Shown here piece after piece: positions 20,813 through 29,134 of a stretch of 64,000 nucleotides of DNA. Each line of letters opens with the position of its first letter. Position 1 is the first letter of the stretch. The position numbers and the translations under genes were made by a program. Source of the stretch: Escherichia phage EPFV3-03/2025; the sequence record PV435126.1; one strand, given 5' to 3'. Below the pieces are notes generated by a model that worked only from the letters and a program-made list of their open reading frames with translations, was not told the origin of the DNA and ran no database searches.

Positions 20813-21166
20813 GATGAGTACCAACTTCAAGTCCCTGACACGCCTAAGTATAAGACTGTGTACACCTTCGACACAATTGAAGAACTGGAAGCATTTAAGG
20901 CAGAACAGGAGGCCAAACTTCATGTGTTTGACGGTCATAAGTACAAAAAGGCACGCAAGGATGAGAACGGAAACGAAGTGGTTGACAGAGACGGAAACAC
21001 GGTGTACGATCCTATTCTGAACGATGACGGAAAGCTTGAACTTATCTGGAGCCCTGTGGGTGAAATGGTGGTGCATTGCTTCTGGCAAGCTTCTAAAATG
21101 ATGGGCGTCCCGTTCCAGATCACAGGTGAATACCTGTGCGGTCGTAATTGGGGTGATTGTCACTAA
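20813..21166 (+). CDS. family A DNA polymerase, exon 2 (C-terminal 117 aa)
   Basis: Same frame as exon 1; DEYQLQV completes YYH-DE motif C; C-terminus VPFQITGEYLCGRNWGDCH resembles Pol I terminal G-NW-H. Confidence 0.7.
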   Translation, partial: DEYQLQVPDTPKYKTVYTFDTIEELEAFKAEQEAKLHVFDGHKYKKARKDENGNEVVDRDGNTVYDPILNDDGKLELIWSPVGEMVVHCFWQASKMMGVPFQITGEYLCGRNWGDCH

Positions 21167-21215
21167 TGTAAACTATCAACACATGGAAGTGTTGTTGAGC
21201 AAAGAGGAGACTTTT

Positions 21216-21500
21216 ATGGTAGTAGAACCGACAAAAACATTTACCTCCATGACTATTCCTGTTATTATGCAGGTAGAGTGCGTTCAGGTGTCCCAAGTGT
21301 GGCCAGGTACTAAAATTCCAACAGGGCCTGATTTCTTCCAGGTTGGAAAGGTGTACAATGTATGGAAGGCACCGGATTGTTACCCTTTCATTAAAGATGA
21401 CCGTGGAATGTTATGGTATCTGGGAAATGATTTGACACTACATCTTGGAAATGCTATTATTGCAGTGTTCCGGCTCAACAAGAAGGGGGCAGATCAATGA
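21216..21500 (+). CDS. hypothetical protein (94 aa), KDDxG-W paralogue family
   Basis: Start moved to ATG 21216 after AAGAGGAG; contains IKDDRGMLWYL. Confidence 0.45.
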   Translation: MVVEPTKTFTSMTIPVIMQVECVQVSQVWPGTKIPTGPDFFQVGKVYNVWKAPDCYPFIKDDRGMLWYLGNDLTLHLGNAIIAVFRLNKKGADQ

Positions 21501-21724
21501 CAACTTTGGTTAAAGCTACGTTTGTAGAAGAAAAGATGACAGGCTTGTCATTCTTTAAAGAAGGAAAGACCTACAAGGTTTATTACGATAAGGATCGCGG
21601 AAACAATATGATCGAAGACGAGGAAGGTATTTCCTGGTATATCTCTCACCTGGCAAATGGTGAGTATCATATCTATGGAACCACCCTACTTGCCAAGTTT
21701 GTAGCTGCTGAAGAGGATCTATGA
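21497..21724 (+). CDS. hypothetical protein (75 aa), KDDxG-W paralogue family
   Basis: IEDEEGISWYI motif; ATGA overlap with neighbours. Confidence 0.45.
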   Translation: MTTLVKATFVEEKMTGLSFFKEGKTYKVYYDKDRGNNMIEDEEGISWYISHLANGEYHIYGTTLLAKFVAAEEDL

Positions 21725-21915
21725 AAGTAAAGTATCTGGCTGAAGGTATGAGTAGGTATTTTACCCTTGGAGAAGAGTATTGGCCCTTTACGGAAAATGG
21801 AGATGTATACGTGAAGGATGACCAAGGTGTGCCGTGGTTTCTGCACCATAATGGGTTGGGGTATTCCATCTACTGCGGTGCAGTGAACAACACAACCCTT
21901 GCAGAGTTTGTCTAG
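21721..21915 (+). CDS. hypothetical protein (64 aa), KDDxG-W paralogue family
   Basis: VKDDQGVPWFL motif. Confidence 0.45.
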   Translation: MKVKYLAEGMSRYFTLGEEYWPFTENGDVYVKDDQGVPWFLHHNGLGYSIYCGAVNNTTLAEFV

Positions 21916-21925
21916 AGGAGGCAGA

Positions 21926-22297
21926 ATGTTAGTAAAAGGTACCCACACAGTCAAGCAACGTATTGAGGTTGAGATTGATGATTGTGAGCTGAAGCATATC
22001 TTACGGTCGTGCTCCAACGTTTTGCTCCTCAGTATTCTCCAGGAGCGAGCGGAGAACGAGTTCTTAAATGCACTGGCAGGCCGTCCTGGGGACTTCTGTG
22101 TGCGTAAGCGTGAAGATCATAAGTCATGGTTGTGGGAAATCGATGCCGACTGGGATTACCACAAAAATGAGGGCATAGATGAGCCTATTCGTGAATTGAC
22201 AGATAAAGAGATTCAGATGTACAATGAAGTTTGTCATTGGGCAAAACGCCAACAAATTTACCTCGACCCTGCGTGGATGATTGAAAATAGCCATTGA
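21926..22297 (+). CDS. hypothetical protein (123 aa)
   Basis: Start moved to ATG 21926 after GAGGAGG. Confidence 0.45.
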   Translation: MLVKGTHTVKQRIEVEIDDCELKHILRSCSNVLLLSILQERAENEFLNALAGRPGDFCVRKREDHKSWLWEIDADWDYHKNEGIDEPIRELTDKEIQMYNEVCHWAKRQQIYLDPAWMIENSH

Positions 22298-22322
22298 CAA
22301 GAAGTAAGATTGGGTATAAGAT
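22294..22322 (+). promoter_or_regulatory. sigma70-type promoter
   Basis: -35 TTGACA 22294-22299, 17-bp spacer, -10 TAAGAT 22317-22322. Confidence 0.4.
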
Positions 22323-22373
22323 GCTTCACACAAACAGAGAGTTTATTTTTAAATAATTAAGGAGACTGCTAAG

Positions 22374-22628
22374 ATGAAAATCACTTTGAAGCCAGAATGT
22401 GTTGCAAATGACCGAGCTTTTAAAGATTGCACAATCGGTGCAATTTATGAAGCAGAGTTTTGTGAGAACCCTCTGGTAAAAGCCCTTCTGGAAGAAGGGG
22501 CACCTTTATCACAAGAAGAACTTGATGAGTTGGAAAACTCAGCCCAGTGCCTTACCTTTAAAGATGATGAAGGAGATTCTGTCTGGTGCACTGTTAACGA
22601 AGTAGTTTTTGTAAAACCTGAGCATTAA
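22374..22628 (+). CDS. hypothetical protein (84 aa), paralogue of 22692..22964
   Basis: LKPECVANDRAFKDCT...FKDDEGDSVWCT parallels the next ORF. Confidence 0.5.
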   Translation: MKITLKPECVANDRAFKDCTIGAIYEAEFCENPLVKALLEEGAPLSQEELDELENSAQCLTFKDDEGDSVWCTVNEVVFVKPEH

Positions 22629-22631
22629 TAC

Positions 22632-22660
22632 TTGACAACATCGATAGGGCCTAATACAAT
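22632..22660 (+). promoter_or_regulatory. sigma70-type promoter
   Basis: -35 TTGACA 22632-22637, 17-bp spacer, -10 TACAAT 22655-22660. Confidence 0.5.
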
Positions 22661-22691
22661 GGCTCTATCAAAACGGAAGGGGACCACAACA

Positions 22692-22964
22692 ATGACCAAA
22701 CAGTATCAACGAATTAAAGCCAAGGTTAAGCCAGATTACTTAGAGAAGGACTCTGCTTTTCGGGACTGCACTGCAGATAAAGTTTACACAGGTGCTGTTC
22801 TGTTAAACGATAAATTTGAAGTGGATGGGCTTGGCAAAGAGGCTACTATCAAGGATGACCAGGGAGATTATGTTTGCTGCACCACACGCGAGCTAGAAAT
22901 CTTAGAATACTTCGGTGAAATCTTCACCTCTCTTGATGATTACTTAGATGACGAGGCAGAGTGA
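22692..22964 (+). CDS. hypothetical protein (90 aa), paralogue of 22374..22628
   Basis: Start at ATG 22692; VKPDYLEKDSAFRDCT...IKDDQGDYVCCT. Confidence 0.5.
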   Translation: MTKQYQRIKAKVKPDYLEKDSAFRDCTADKVYTGAVLLNDKFEVDGLGKEATIKDDQGDYVCCTTRELEILEYFGEIFTSLDDYLDDEAE

Positions 22965-23365
22965 TGAAAAACATTTGGGATATCAATATCTTTGAAGCCT
23001 CTGAGCTTGACGGTGCCGATGGGGTTATTATAGTTTCTGATGGAAAGGCAACACTGACCTCTGGACTGACCTATGAGGACACTACCTACGCATTGGGCGA
23101 TCTTGCCTTGTTGAAATCAACAGGCGACTCTCTGGAAGAACGTCTGCAAGGATTTGCCTTTAAAGAAGGCACAAACACCACACTGATGTGCACTACACGC
23201 ACTGTTCAGTTGGGCAACGGGGTATATATGGTCATTGCAGTGTGCCCCAAATTCAGCAACATTAATAAAGATGATGCTGACGCTGTCAACGACGTGGTTG
23301 TCCTATTCGTGGGTGACGCTATGGCAGATCTGATGAATGCAGGAGAAGCAGCAAATGAAGACTGA
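22961..23365 (+). CDS. hypothetical protein (134 aa)
   Basis: ORF with ATGA overlap with upstream gene. Confidence 0.45.
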   Translation: MMKNIWDINIFEASELDGADGVIIVSDGKATLTSGLTYEDTTYALGDLALLKSTGDSLEERLQGFAFKEGTNTTLMCTTRTVQLGNGVYMVIAVCPKFSNINKDDADAVNDVVVLFVGDAMADLMNAGEAANED

Positions 23366-23657
23366 AAACATTACACCAGAAGGATTCCTGAAAGTATACC
23401 GTGAACTATTGTATACCACAGAGGATAGTGTTCTAGAGTACCCAGAATATCTTTTGCTATATAAGTATCTGCAGGAAGCTGGTGAAAATCTTCCAATTAG
23501 CGCAGAAGGGGGTCCAAACTGGGTCTACAGTGCATGGAGAAAGGTTGACATTCTCCCAGATCCCGGTAAAGATATGGTAGTTTGGCAGCTTATCAACAAC
23601 ATCGGGATTCCAATCTTTGATGAAGCTGTTAAAATCTATTTTGAACTTGACGATTAA
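23355..23657 (+). CDS. hypothetical protein (100 aa)
   Basis: Start moved to ATG 23355 after AGGAGAAG. Confidence 0.45.
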   Translation: MKTENITPEGFLKVYRELLYTTEDSVLEYPEYLLLYKYLQEAGENLPISAEGGPNWVYSAWRKVDILPDPGKDMVVWQLINNIGIPIFDEAVKIYFELDD

Positions 23658-23674
23658 TATCAGGAGACCTTAAG

Positions 23675-23920
23675 ATGGCTGAAGTAGTTGCTCGTGCAGG
23701 ACAGAAAGTGCGTTGTGTTGAAGTGGGTTTTGGTGGCAAAGGGTGTCAAAACTTGACTCAAGGTAAGGAATACACTGTTGTTTCTGGCGGTGGTGACAAA
23801 AGTATTGTGTTCGATGACCATATTCTGGATGTTGAAAACTTTGAAATAATTGACGATGATGGTGATCCAATCACCTGCCTGCTGGACGGGAATTGGGGAA
23901 CTTTTGAAGTGATTGGCTAA
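23675..23920 (+). CDS. hypothetical protein (81 aa)
   Basis: ORF in co-oriented array. Confidence 0.45.
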   Translation: MAEVVARAGQKVRCVEVGFGGKGCQNLTQGKEYTVVSGGGDKSIVFDDHILDVENFEIIDDDGDPITCLLDGNWGTFEVIG

Positions 23921-23957
23921 CAAATACCTGTTGTAATTTACAGAAGGAGATGCTAAA

Positions 23958-24368
23958 ATGGTGTCTCCTTTATGTTGTTCAAATAAAATCGGAGATTCCA
24001 TAATGGAACAAATGAACGATCAAGCGTCGGTTGCGATGAACGAGCAAGAACAACCTCAAGAATTTTTCTTAGGGTTAAGCAAAGATCAGGTGTCTCTCCT
24101 GCTAGTGCTCTCTTCTTTCATGGGGAGACTTCAGGAGCTCACACAACAACCAGAGGCTGAACAATTATTTCAGGCTCTGCGCGAAGAAGAAAAATATCGT
24201 CGTTTGGATTATGCCTTAGGTTGGGTAGCTCAGCAACGAGATATGCTAATGGCCCTTTCTGGGACGACAAGTTTTGCAATGGGCCTGTTGGCTCAAGTGC
24301 AAGACAAATTAATTCAAGCAGGGTTTGCACACACAGCAAACACCAACGAAGAACAAGGAGACAAATAA
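23958..24368 (+). CDS. hypothetical protein (136 aa)
   Basis: ORF preceded by AAGGAG. Confidence 0.45.
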   Translation: MVSPLCCSNKIGDSIMEQMNDQASVAMNEQEQPQEFFLGLSKDQVSLLLVLSSFMGRLQELTQQPEAEQLFQALREEEKYRRLDYALGWVAQQRDMLMALSGTTSFAMGLLAQVQDKLIQAGFAHTANTNEEQGDK

Positions 24369-25594
24369 TGAGCGTTATTCAACAATTTGCCAACCCGATG
24401 AATCCGCGTGAAACTGTTTTACTGGCTCACGGTATGATTAAACGTGTCAGCATCAAACCTATCAAAGGTGCTGATCCTACAACAGGTATTAAAACCACTG
24501 TGTGGCAAGGTAAGAAAATCGAGTCCAGTCACACCATCTCTTTACTGATTTCTGAACTGGATTCTTCTGATAACCTACTTCAAGGTGGTGAAGAAGTTTG
24601 GATCAGCATGGGTGATAAATTGCTCAAACCAGGTCATCAAGATTCCGTCTCTGTTAAAATTGATGACAAGTGGGAAACAGTAACGCCGGGATGGATCGTA
24701 AATATCCCTTTAAAGGCAAATGAGCATAACGGTAAGACCTACTACAAAGGCTCATTGGCTAAAATGGTTAAGCTGGGGGCAGGAGAGGCTCCAGCAGCAC
24801 CACAGCAACAAAAACAGCAACAAGGCACACAATCACAAGGCCAGAAGCAGAAACCTCAGCAGAATGCCAATCAGGACGTTTTACGCATCTATGGTGATGT
24901 GACTCAGATTGTTGGCAATGTGGTTACTGTCAATGACCACAAGATCGGTGAAGGTGCTATGGTTGTCTCCGATGAGCAGCTTAAAGACCTGATAGTTGGC
25001 GGTCGTGTTGCAGCTATTGTTGACAAAGACACCGGGAATATTATCAGCGGCTTTAAGGCCTACCCACCTAAAGCAGAGAACGGCACTCAAGGTTCTGGTG
25101 GCAAGCGTAAATCCTCTTACGACCCTATTGGTGTAGAGACGGGGCACAGCATCAATGCGTTGCAAATCATCCTAGATCGCGGATTCAAGGTTGACAGCCC
25201 TTTAGATGTGGCTAAAACATTGCACGTGGTCACCATCGAGCTTAAGAAAGAGTACGCTCAAGCCACCAACCGGACCGAAGATGAAGTAGGTGCCAGTGTT
25301 GGTAACGCGGTATTGAACGCTTGTCGCCGTATTGACAAGAAAACGAAAGTTGATGATTTTGCAGCAGCAATTACTGCAGAGGCAAAAGATGTCTTGACTA
25401 ATCTTGCTGAACCGTTGTATGATTGGATCAAGAACGGTGCTGGAGCCACTGACCATCAAGAGCCTCAAGCTGCCAAACAGGAAGGCGCTCCACAGCAAAA
25501 CACTGTAGACGCCCCTCCTGTAGATGATGACGGAGATGACCCGATGGATCAGAATCCAGCACAGTATGACTTCTGTGATGACATACCTTTTTAA
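24368..25594 (+). CDS. SSB-like protein with canonical SSB C-terminal tip (408 aa)
   Basis: Ends ...YDFCDDIPF (bacterial SSB-Ct DDIPF motif); Gln-rich linker; start at ATG 24368 after AAGGAG; N-terminal fold not verified. Confidence 0.6.
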   Translation: MSVIQQFANPMNPRETVLLAHGMIKRVSIKPIKGADPTTGIKTTVWQGKKIESSHTISLLISELDSSDNLLQGGEEVWISMGDKLLKPGHQDSVSVKIDDKWETVTPGWIVNIPLKANEHNGKTYYKGSLAKMVKLGAGEAPAAPQQQKQQQGTQSQGQKQKPQQNANQDVLRIYGDVTQIVGNVVTVNDHKIGEGAMVVSDEQLKDLIVGGRVAAIVDKDTGNIISGFKAYPPKAENGTQGSGGKRKSSYDPIGVETGHSINALQIILDRGFKVDSPLDVAKTLHVVTIELKKEYAQATNRTEDEVGASVGNAVLNACRRIDKKTKVDDFAAAITAEAKDVLTNLAEPLYDWIKNGAGATDHQEPQAAKQEGAPQQNTVDAPPVDDDGDDPMDQNPAQYDFCDDIPF

Positions 25595-25611
25595 CATCTA
25601 GTTAACATAGC

Positions 25612-25637
25612 CCTGCCCGAAAGGGTGGGGCATTTTT
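25612..25637 (+). terminator. rho-independent terminator (copy 2 of duplicated hairpin)
   Basis: CCTGCCC-GAAA-GGGTGGG stem-loop then GCATTTTT; identical hairpin to 14210. Confidence 0.65.
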
Positions 25638-25656
25638 GTATAAGGAGATCTGAAAA

Positions 25657-26073
25657 ATGACACTAGAAGATATCATTGTTAAACCTGAGAACTATGACCA
25701 ATACAATCTATCAACTCAATCTGTAGATCTTGGATGCGCCACTGTCAGTGCGTGGCTGGTTAACGGAAAAGAGCTGGATAAATGCTTAGAAGCTCACATG
25801 ACTGTTAACAAGTTCCTGGATGAAAATACTCACTGGCTGGAAGGTGCAGGTGTATACGCTTCGTGGCTGGAGAGCATGGGATTTGACTACCAGTCTGAAG
25901 AAGGGTGGTGGAGCTATTTAGCTATCTGTCCAGAGACGTTGAAATGCTTCATGAAATATTCTGAAGATTTGGAGTACCGGGCGGTGGTTGATAGTGCTAT
26001 TGCCCGTTATAGCCGCAAACCTTTTTCCCACGACATTAAAACTGTGGAAGAATTTGTTGAAGTTTTCTGTTGA
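25657..26073 (+). CDS. hypothetical protein (138 aa)
   Basis: ORF preceded by AAGGAG. Confidence 0.5.
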   Translation: MTLEDIIVKPENYDQYNLSTQSVDLGCATVSAWLVNGKELDKCLEAHMTVNKFLDENTHWLEGAGVYASWLESMGFDYQSEEGWWSYLAICPETLKCFMKYSEDLEYRAVVDSAIARYSRKPFSHDIKTVEEFVEVFC

Positions 26074-26098
26074 CACAGGTTGGAAGGTGTGCAATTAT
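26070..26098 (+). promoter_or_regulatory. possible sigma70-type promoter
   Basis: -35 TTGACA 26070-26075; weak -10 AATTAT 26093-26098. Confidence 0.3.
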
Positions 26099-26169
26099 AA
26101 CCTTGCAGAGCTGGAGGGTGTGATGAACGAAGAAAACTGGGATGTGTAACTAACAGGAGGCCACTGCCC

Positions 26170-26367
26170 ATGATTTATCGAATCCGTGTAAGAGAAGATG
26201 CACCAGGCTGTTACTTTGACTGGCGTGGGTGGTGGTTTCTCCACCCGATGGATGGACTCACAGATAGAATGCTGGATGCTGCCCTTTATACAGATACAGA
26301 CATAGAATATAATCTCTATCTGAAGGACGGTATAGATAACGGTCTATTTGAAGCAATTCCTGTGTAA
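26170..26367 (+). CDS. hypothetical protein (65 aa)
   Basis: ORF preceded by AGGAGG. Confidence 0.4.
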   Translation: MIYRIRVREDAPGCYFDWRGWWFLHPMDGLTDRMLDAALYTDTDIEYNLYLKDGIDNGLFEAIPV

Positions 26368-26435
26368 GAGGATGTGATAGCCATGTTTTATGATCTTCCT
26401 ATAGCGCCACCACCTGTTGAACCCGGAGAACTAAG

Positions 26436-26861
26436 ATGACCTATGAAATGCCAAAACTGATTCGTGATGATGCCCAAAACGCTCACACCATTATTATGGG
26501 CAAACGCATGGATATTATTTGTCATAAAGATTTCTGGGAAGGAAGTTACTTCACAGAGTATTTTGGTAAACTGGACAATGGTCTGCTGATCCAGTTCTAC
26601 ACCGATGCGGAAAACAACATTCACTGGGAGTTCGAAACTGAAGATATTCATAAACTTTTCACCTTCCTCGGTATTAAGGTTGAGGCCAAGTTTGAAGAAG
26701 GCGAGTGCGACGATTGTGGATTCTACGAGGTAACAGATTTCTATCTCCCAAGTGGTGAGAACCTTTACTATGAAAGCCACTTCGGCAACTCAAATATGCC
26801 ACAAGGTTGGGATGAGTTTTTTGAAATTGCGGAAGAGGAGCTGGCATACCGTGATTATTGA
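26436..26861 (+). CDS. hypothetical protein (141 aa)
   Basis: ORF whose stop overlaps the start of the macro-domain gene. Confidence 0.5.
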   Translation: MTYEMPKLIRDDAQNAHTIIMGKRMDIICHKDFWEGSYFTEYFGKLDNGLLIQFYTDAENNIHWEFETEDIHKLFTFLGIKVEAKFEEGECDDCGFYEVTDFYLPSGENLYYESHFGNSNMPQGWDEFFEIAEEELAYRDY

Positions 26862-27309
26862 TACTGTAGAGGGAGATTTAATCTCCCTTTTTAAGAGCGG
26901 TGCTGGTCACCTGATCCACGGTTGTAACTGCTTCCACACAATGGGCAAGGGGATAGCAAAACAGATTGCCCGTGAGTTCCCTCAAGCATTGGCAGCTGAC
27001 AAAGAGACCAGACACGGTTGCCTAAGTAAACTGGGTGCGTTCTCCCGATGGGAGCACTTATCTCCGAGAGGTATTGTCTACGGAATCAATCTGTATACTC
27101 AGTTCTACCCAGGACCTAATGCTGAATATTTCTCAATCCTGAAAGGCTTTGAGCTAGTCAATGAGGTATTCAGTGGATCGACTTTACCATTCTACATCCC
27201 TAAGATCGGGTGCGGCATAGGCGGTTTGAAGTGGGAGCACGTAGAGGACGTTATTAACCTTGCCACTTTTGATATGAATATTATCGTGGTGGAGTACAAA
27301 AAGTGTTGA
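26851..27309 (+). CDS. macro-domain (ADP-ribose binding/processing) protein (152 aa)
   Basis: HGCNCFHTMGKGIAKQI and IPKIGCGIGGLKWE resemble the two glycine-rich macro-domain motifs; GTG start 26851 after GAAGAGGAG. Confidence 0.55.
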   Translation: MIIDTVEGDLISLFKSGAGHLIHGCNCFHTMGKGIAKQIAREFPQALAADKETRHGCLSKLGAFSRWEHLSPRGIVYGINLYTQFYPGPNAEYFSILKGFELVNEVFSGSTLPFYIPKIGCGIGGLKWEHVEDVINLATFDMNIIVVEYKKC

Positions 27310-27334
27310 CAGCGGGTTTTTGAGATGGTATAGT
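27306..27334 (+). promoter_or_regulatory. sigma70-type promoter
   Basis: -35 TTGACA 27306-27311, 17-bp spacer, -10 TATAGT 27329-27334. Confidence 0.5.
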
Positions 27335-27362
27335 CACCACAACGATTGAGAGAGGGAGCACT

Positions 27363-27533
27363 ATGGAGACTAAAATCTTAATTCTGGCTGTGATAGATAC
27401 AACCGAAGGGGCTGTGTTCGAATCTGCAGGAGGGTATTTCTACCTACCCTACGGAAAAAGAACTGCTGAACCAGGTAGAGATTCAATCATCAAAGTGTTC
27501 CCGTGTGCTTTCTGGCTGGAGATTTTGGTATAA
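27363..27533 (+). CDS. hypothetical small protein (56 aa)
   Basis: ORF below ORF-track cutoff, downstream of promoter 27306 with GAGAGGGAG upstream. Confidence 0.3.
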   Translation: METKILILAVIDTTEGAVFESAGGYFYLPYGKRTAEPGRDSIIKVFPCAFWLEILV

Positions 27534-27559
27534 GATTGCAGAGGATTTGGGAGAGAATT

Positions 27560-27754
27560 ATGAGAAACAAGAGAGAGCTTTACTCTGGCGAGTGGATAAA
27601 CGATCAACAGGTTGGAGAGGTAACCTGCTTCCGGTGTTTTACTCGGTACAATCTTAAAACTGCACCAAAAAGTGTTCCAAAGACTGATGGTTATTACATA
27701 AAAGAGCCTCATTGCCCGAAATGTAAATGCCGAGTATACTGGAGTAACCTGTAA
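27560..27754 (+). CDS. hypothetical zinc-ribbon protein (64 aa)
   Basis: CFRC...CPKCKC cysteine pairs; start at ATG 27560. Confidence 0.45.
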   Translation: MRNKRELYSGEWINDQQVGEVTCFRCFTRYNLKTAPKSVPKTDGYYIKEPHCPKCKCRVYWSNL

Positions 27755-27758
27755 AAGA

Positions 27759-27786
27759 TTGACATCTGAAAACTACAGTGTATAAT
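27759..27786 (+). promoter_or_regulatory. sigma70-type promoter (consensus)
   Basis: -35 TTGACA 27759-27764, 16-bp spacer, -10 TATAAT 27781-27786. Confidence 0.6.
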
Positions 27787-27817
27787 ATACGCACAGACTA
27801 ACAGAGAGCGACGTATT

Positions 27818-28009
27818 ATGGTAATTTTTAACCGGGATGGCATCATAGTTAGACAGCACCCCTTCCTTGAATACTATCAAATTGAGCAATGGTGCTACGG
27901 AGATTGCAGTCACTCCTATGGGCAAAGTTGGGGATATCGCACAGTTTTTGAATCAACAGACCTTGACAAAGTAAGACAGAAAGTTTTAGAACTTATTAAC
28001 AACAAGTGA
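27818..28009 (+). CDS. hypothetical protein (63 aa)
   Basis: ORF downstream of consensus promoter. Confidence 0.45.
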   Translation: MVIFNRDGIIVRQHPFLEYYQIEQWCYGDCSHSYGQSWGYRTVFESTDLDKVRQKVLELINNK

Positions 28010-28019
28010 GTATCGTGCC

Positions 28020-28352
28020 ATGGTAACATTGGAAAGACGTAAAGCTATCGCCGCCACACTGGCAGACATCTTTTGGGATTGCAACTTAAAAGATACCCGA
28101 AATTGTGGCGCATCTGTAGATGTATTATTCCCACGGCCCACCATTGTTGCTATGGGAAACCTGTTAAACGTAGTGTACGGAGCATGGGACAAAGAAGGTG
28201 GATTCTATATCTGGCAACCTGACTACGGAGCCTGGAAAGAGGTAAGGGGTGCGGATGACTTTGGGCCTACAGTTGCTAAGATGGATGGCTGGGAAATTTA
28301 TGTTGGAAACGACATGAGGCTGAAAGGCGAGATTGTTTACTGGTTACCTTAA
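28020..28352 (+). CDS. hypothetical protein (110 aa)
   Basis: ORF in co-oriented array. Confidence 0.45.
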   Translation: MVTLERRKAIAATLADIFWDCNLKDTRNCGASVDVLFPRPTIVAMGNLLNVVYGAWDKEGGFYIWQPDYGAWKEVRGADDFGPTVAKMDGWEIYVGNDMRLKGEIVYWLP

Positions 28353-28372
28353 GAAAGTGCAGGAGATAAAGT

Positions 28373-28618
28373 ATGAACAAAGGGTGGACATTTGTAGACG
28401 GCGTTAAAAACATGCCTCTAGGAAAGTATATCGTAGCCATGACTGATGAGGATGGCAATGTAGATTTCGGAGCTTGCGAGGTTGTTCTTGCAGGGTCTGG
28501 TAACTATGTGGACAAAACTGGGATAATTAACGGTCAGTTCTACTTTGATCACAACCCTGTTGTAGCGTATATGGCTATGCCAGAGTTCAAGTTCCCAAAG
28601 GGGGGTGCCGATGTTTAA
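28373..28618 (+). CDS. hypothetical protein (81 aa)
   Basis: ORF preceded by AGGAG. Confidence 0.45.
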   Translation: MNKGWTFVDGVKNMPLGKYIVAMTDEDGNVDFGACEVVLAGSGNYVDKTGIINGQFYFDHNPVVAYMAMPEFKFPKGGADV

Positions 28619-28805
28619 GCTTAAATCTGCATGGAACATTGCTGTAGGTGATGAGATCCGCATTCCAGGTGGTAAAACTATTATGAAAATATCTCGTATC
28701 GAGTACGAAGGTGACCGTGTATTCCACATCTTTGCAGAAGATGGTCGAGAAATTTATATACAGGCAGGCTCACACATCTATATTCGTAAATGGGATGACA
28801 AATGA
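28605..28805 (+). CDS. hypothetical protein (66 aa)
   Basis: ORF overlapping neighbours at both ends. Confidence 0.4.
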   Translation: MPMFKLKSAWNIAVGDEIRIPGGKTIMKISRIEYEGDRVFHIFAEDGREIYIQAGSHIYIRKWDDK

Positions 28806-29131
28806 CAGAGATCATCATTTCAACTGCAGGATATGTATTCCTGACAATCATTGCGCTGATCATCTTGGTGGTGGTGTATGGATTTGTTATCCTGCCTATT
28901 CTTGAGACATTTAGTTTGTGTCGGTGTTGGAGAAAGGCTTACGGACCACAGCCGTGGAGAGACTGGCCCCACCTGTTACGCATAGCGTTCTCTTATGCCT
29001 ATGATCACTCCAGTAGTGCATGCATAACCGGGTATCACGCCCACAACTGGAACTGGGAAGGGCTGGGGAGATGGAGTGTTATAAAAACTATACCTCTACG
29101 CATGTACAAGCCTAAAAACAAAGATAGTTGA
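28802..29131 (+). CDS. hypothetical membrane protein (109 aa)
   Basis: N-terminal hydrophobic stretch YVFLTIIALIILVVVYGFVILPIL. Confidence 0.45.
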   Translation: MTEIIISTAGYVFLTIIALIILVVVYGFVILPILETFSLCRCWRKAYGPQPWRDWPHLLRIAFSYAYDHSSSACITGYHAHNWNWEGLGRWSVIKTIPLRMYKPKNKDS

Positions 29132-29134
29132 TAC

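Noticed and set aside
20810-21166. Independent 118-aa gene downstream of the polymerase
   Set aside because: It is in the polymerase frame, starts at a non-ATG codon and encodes the polymerase C-terminus, so it is better explained as exon 2 after a group I intron.
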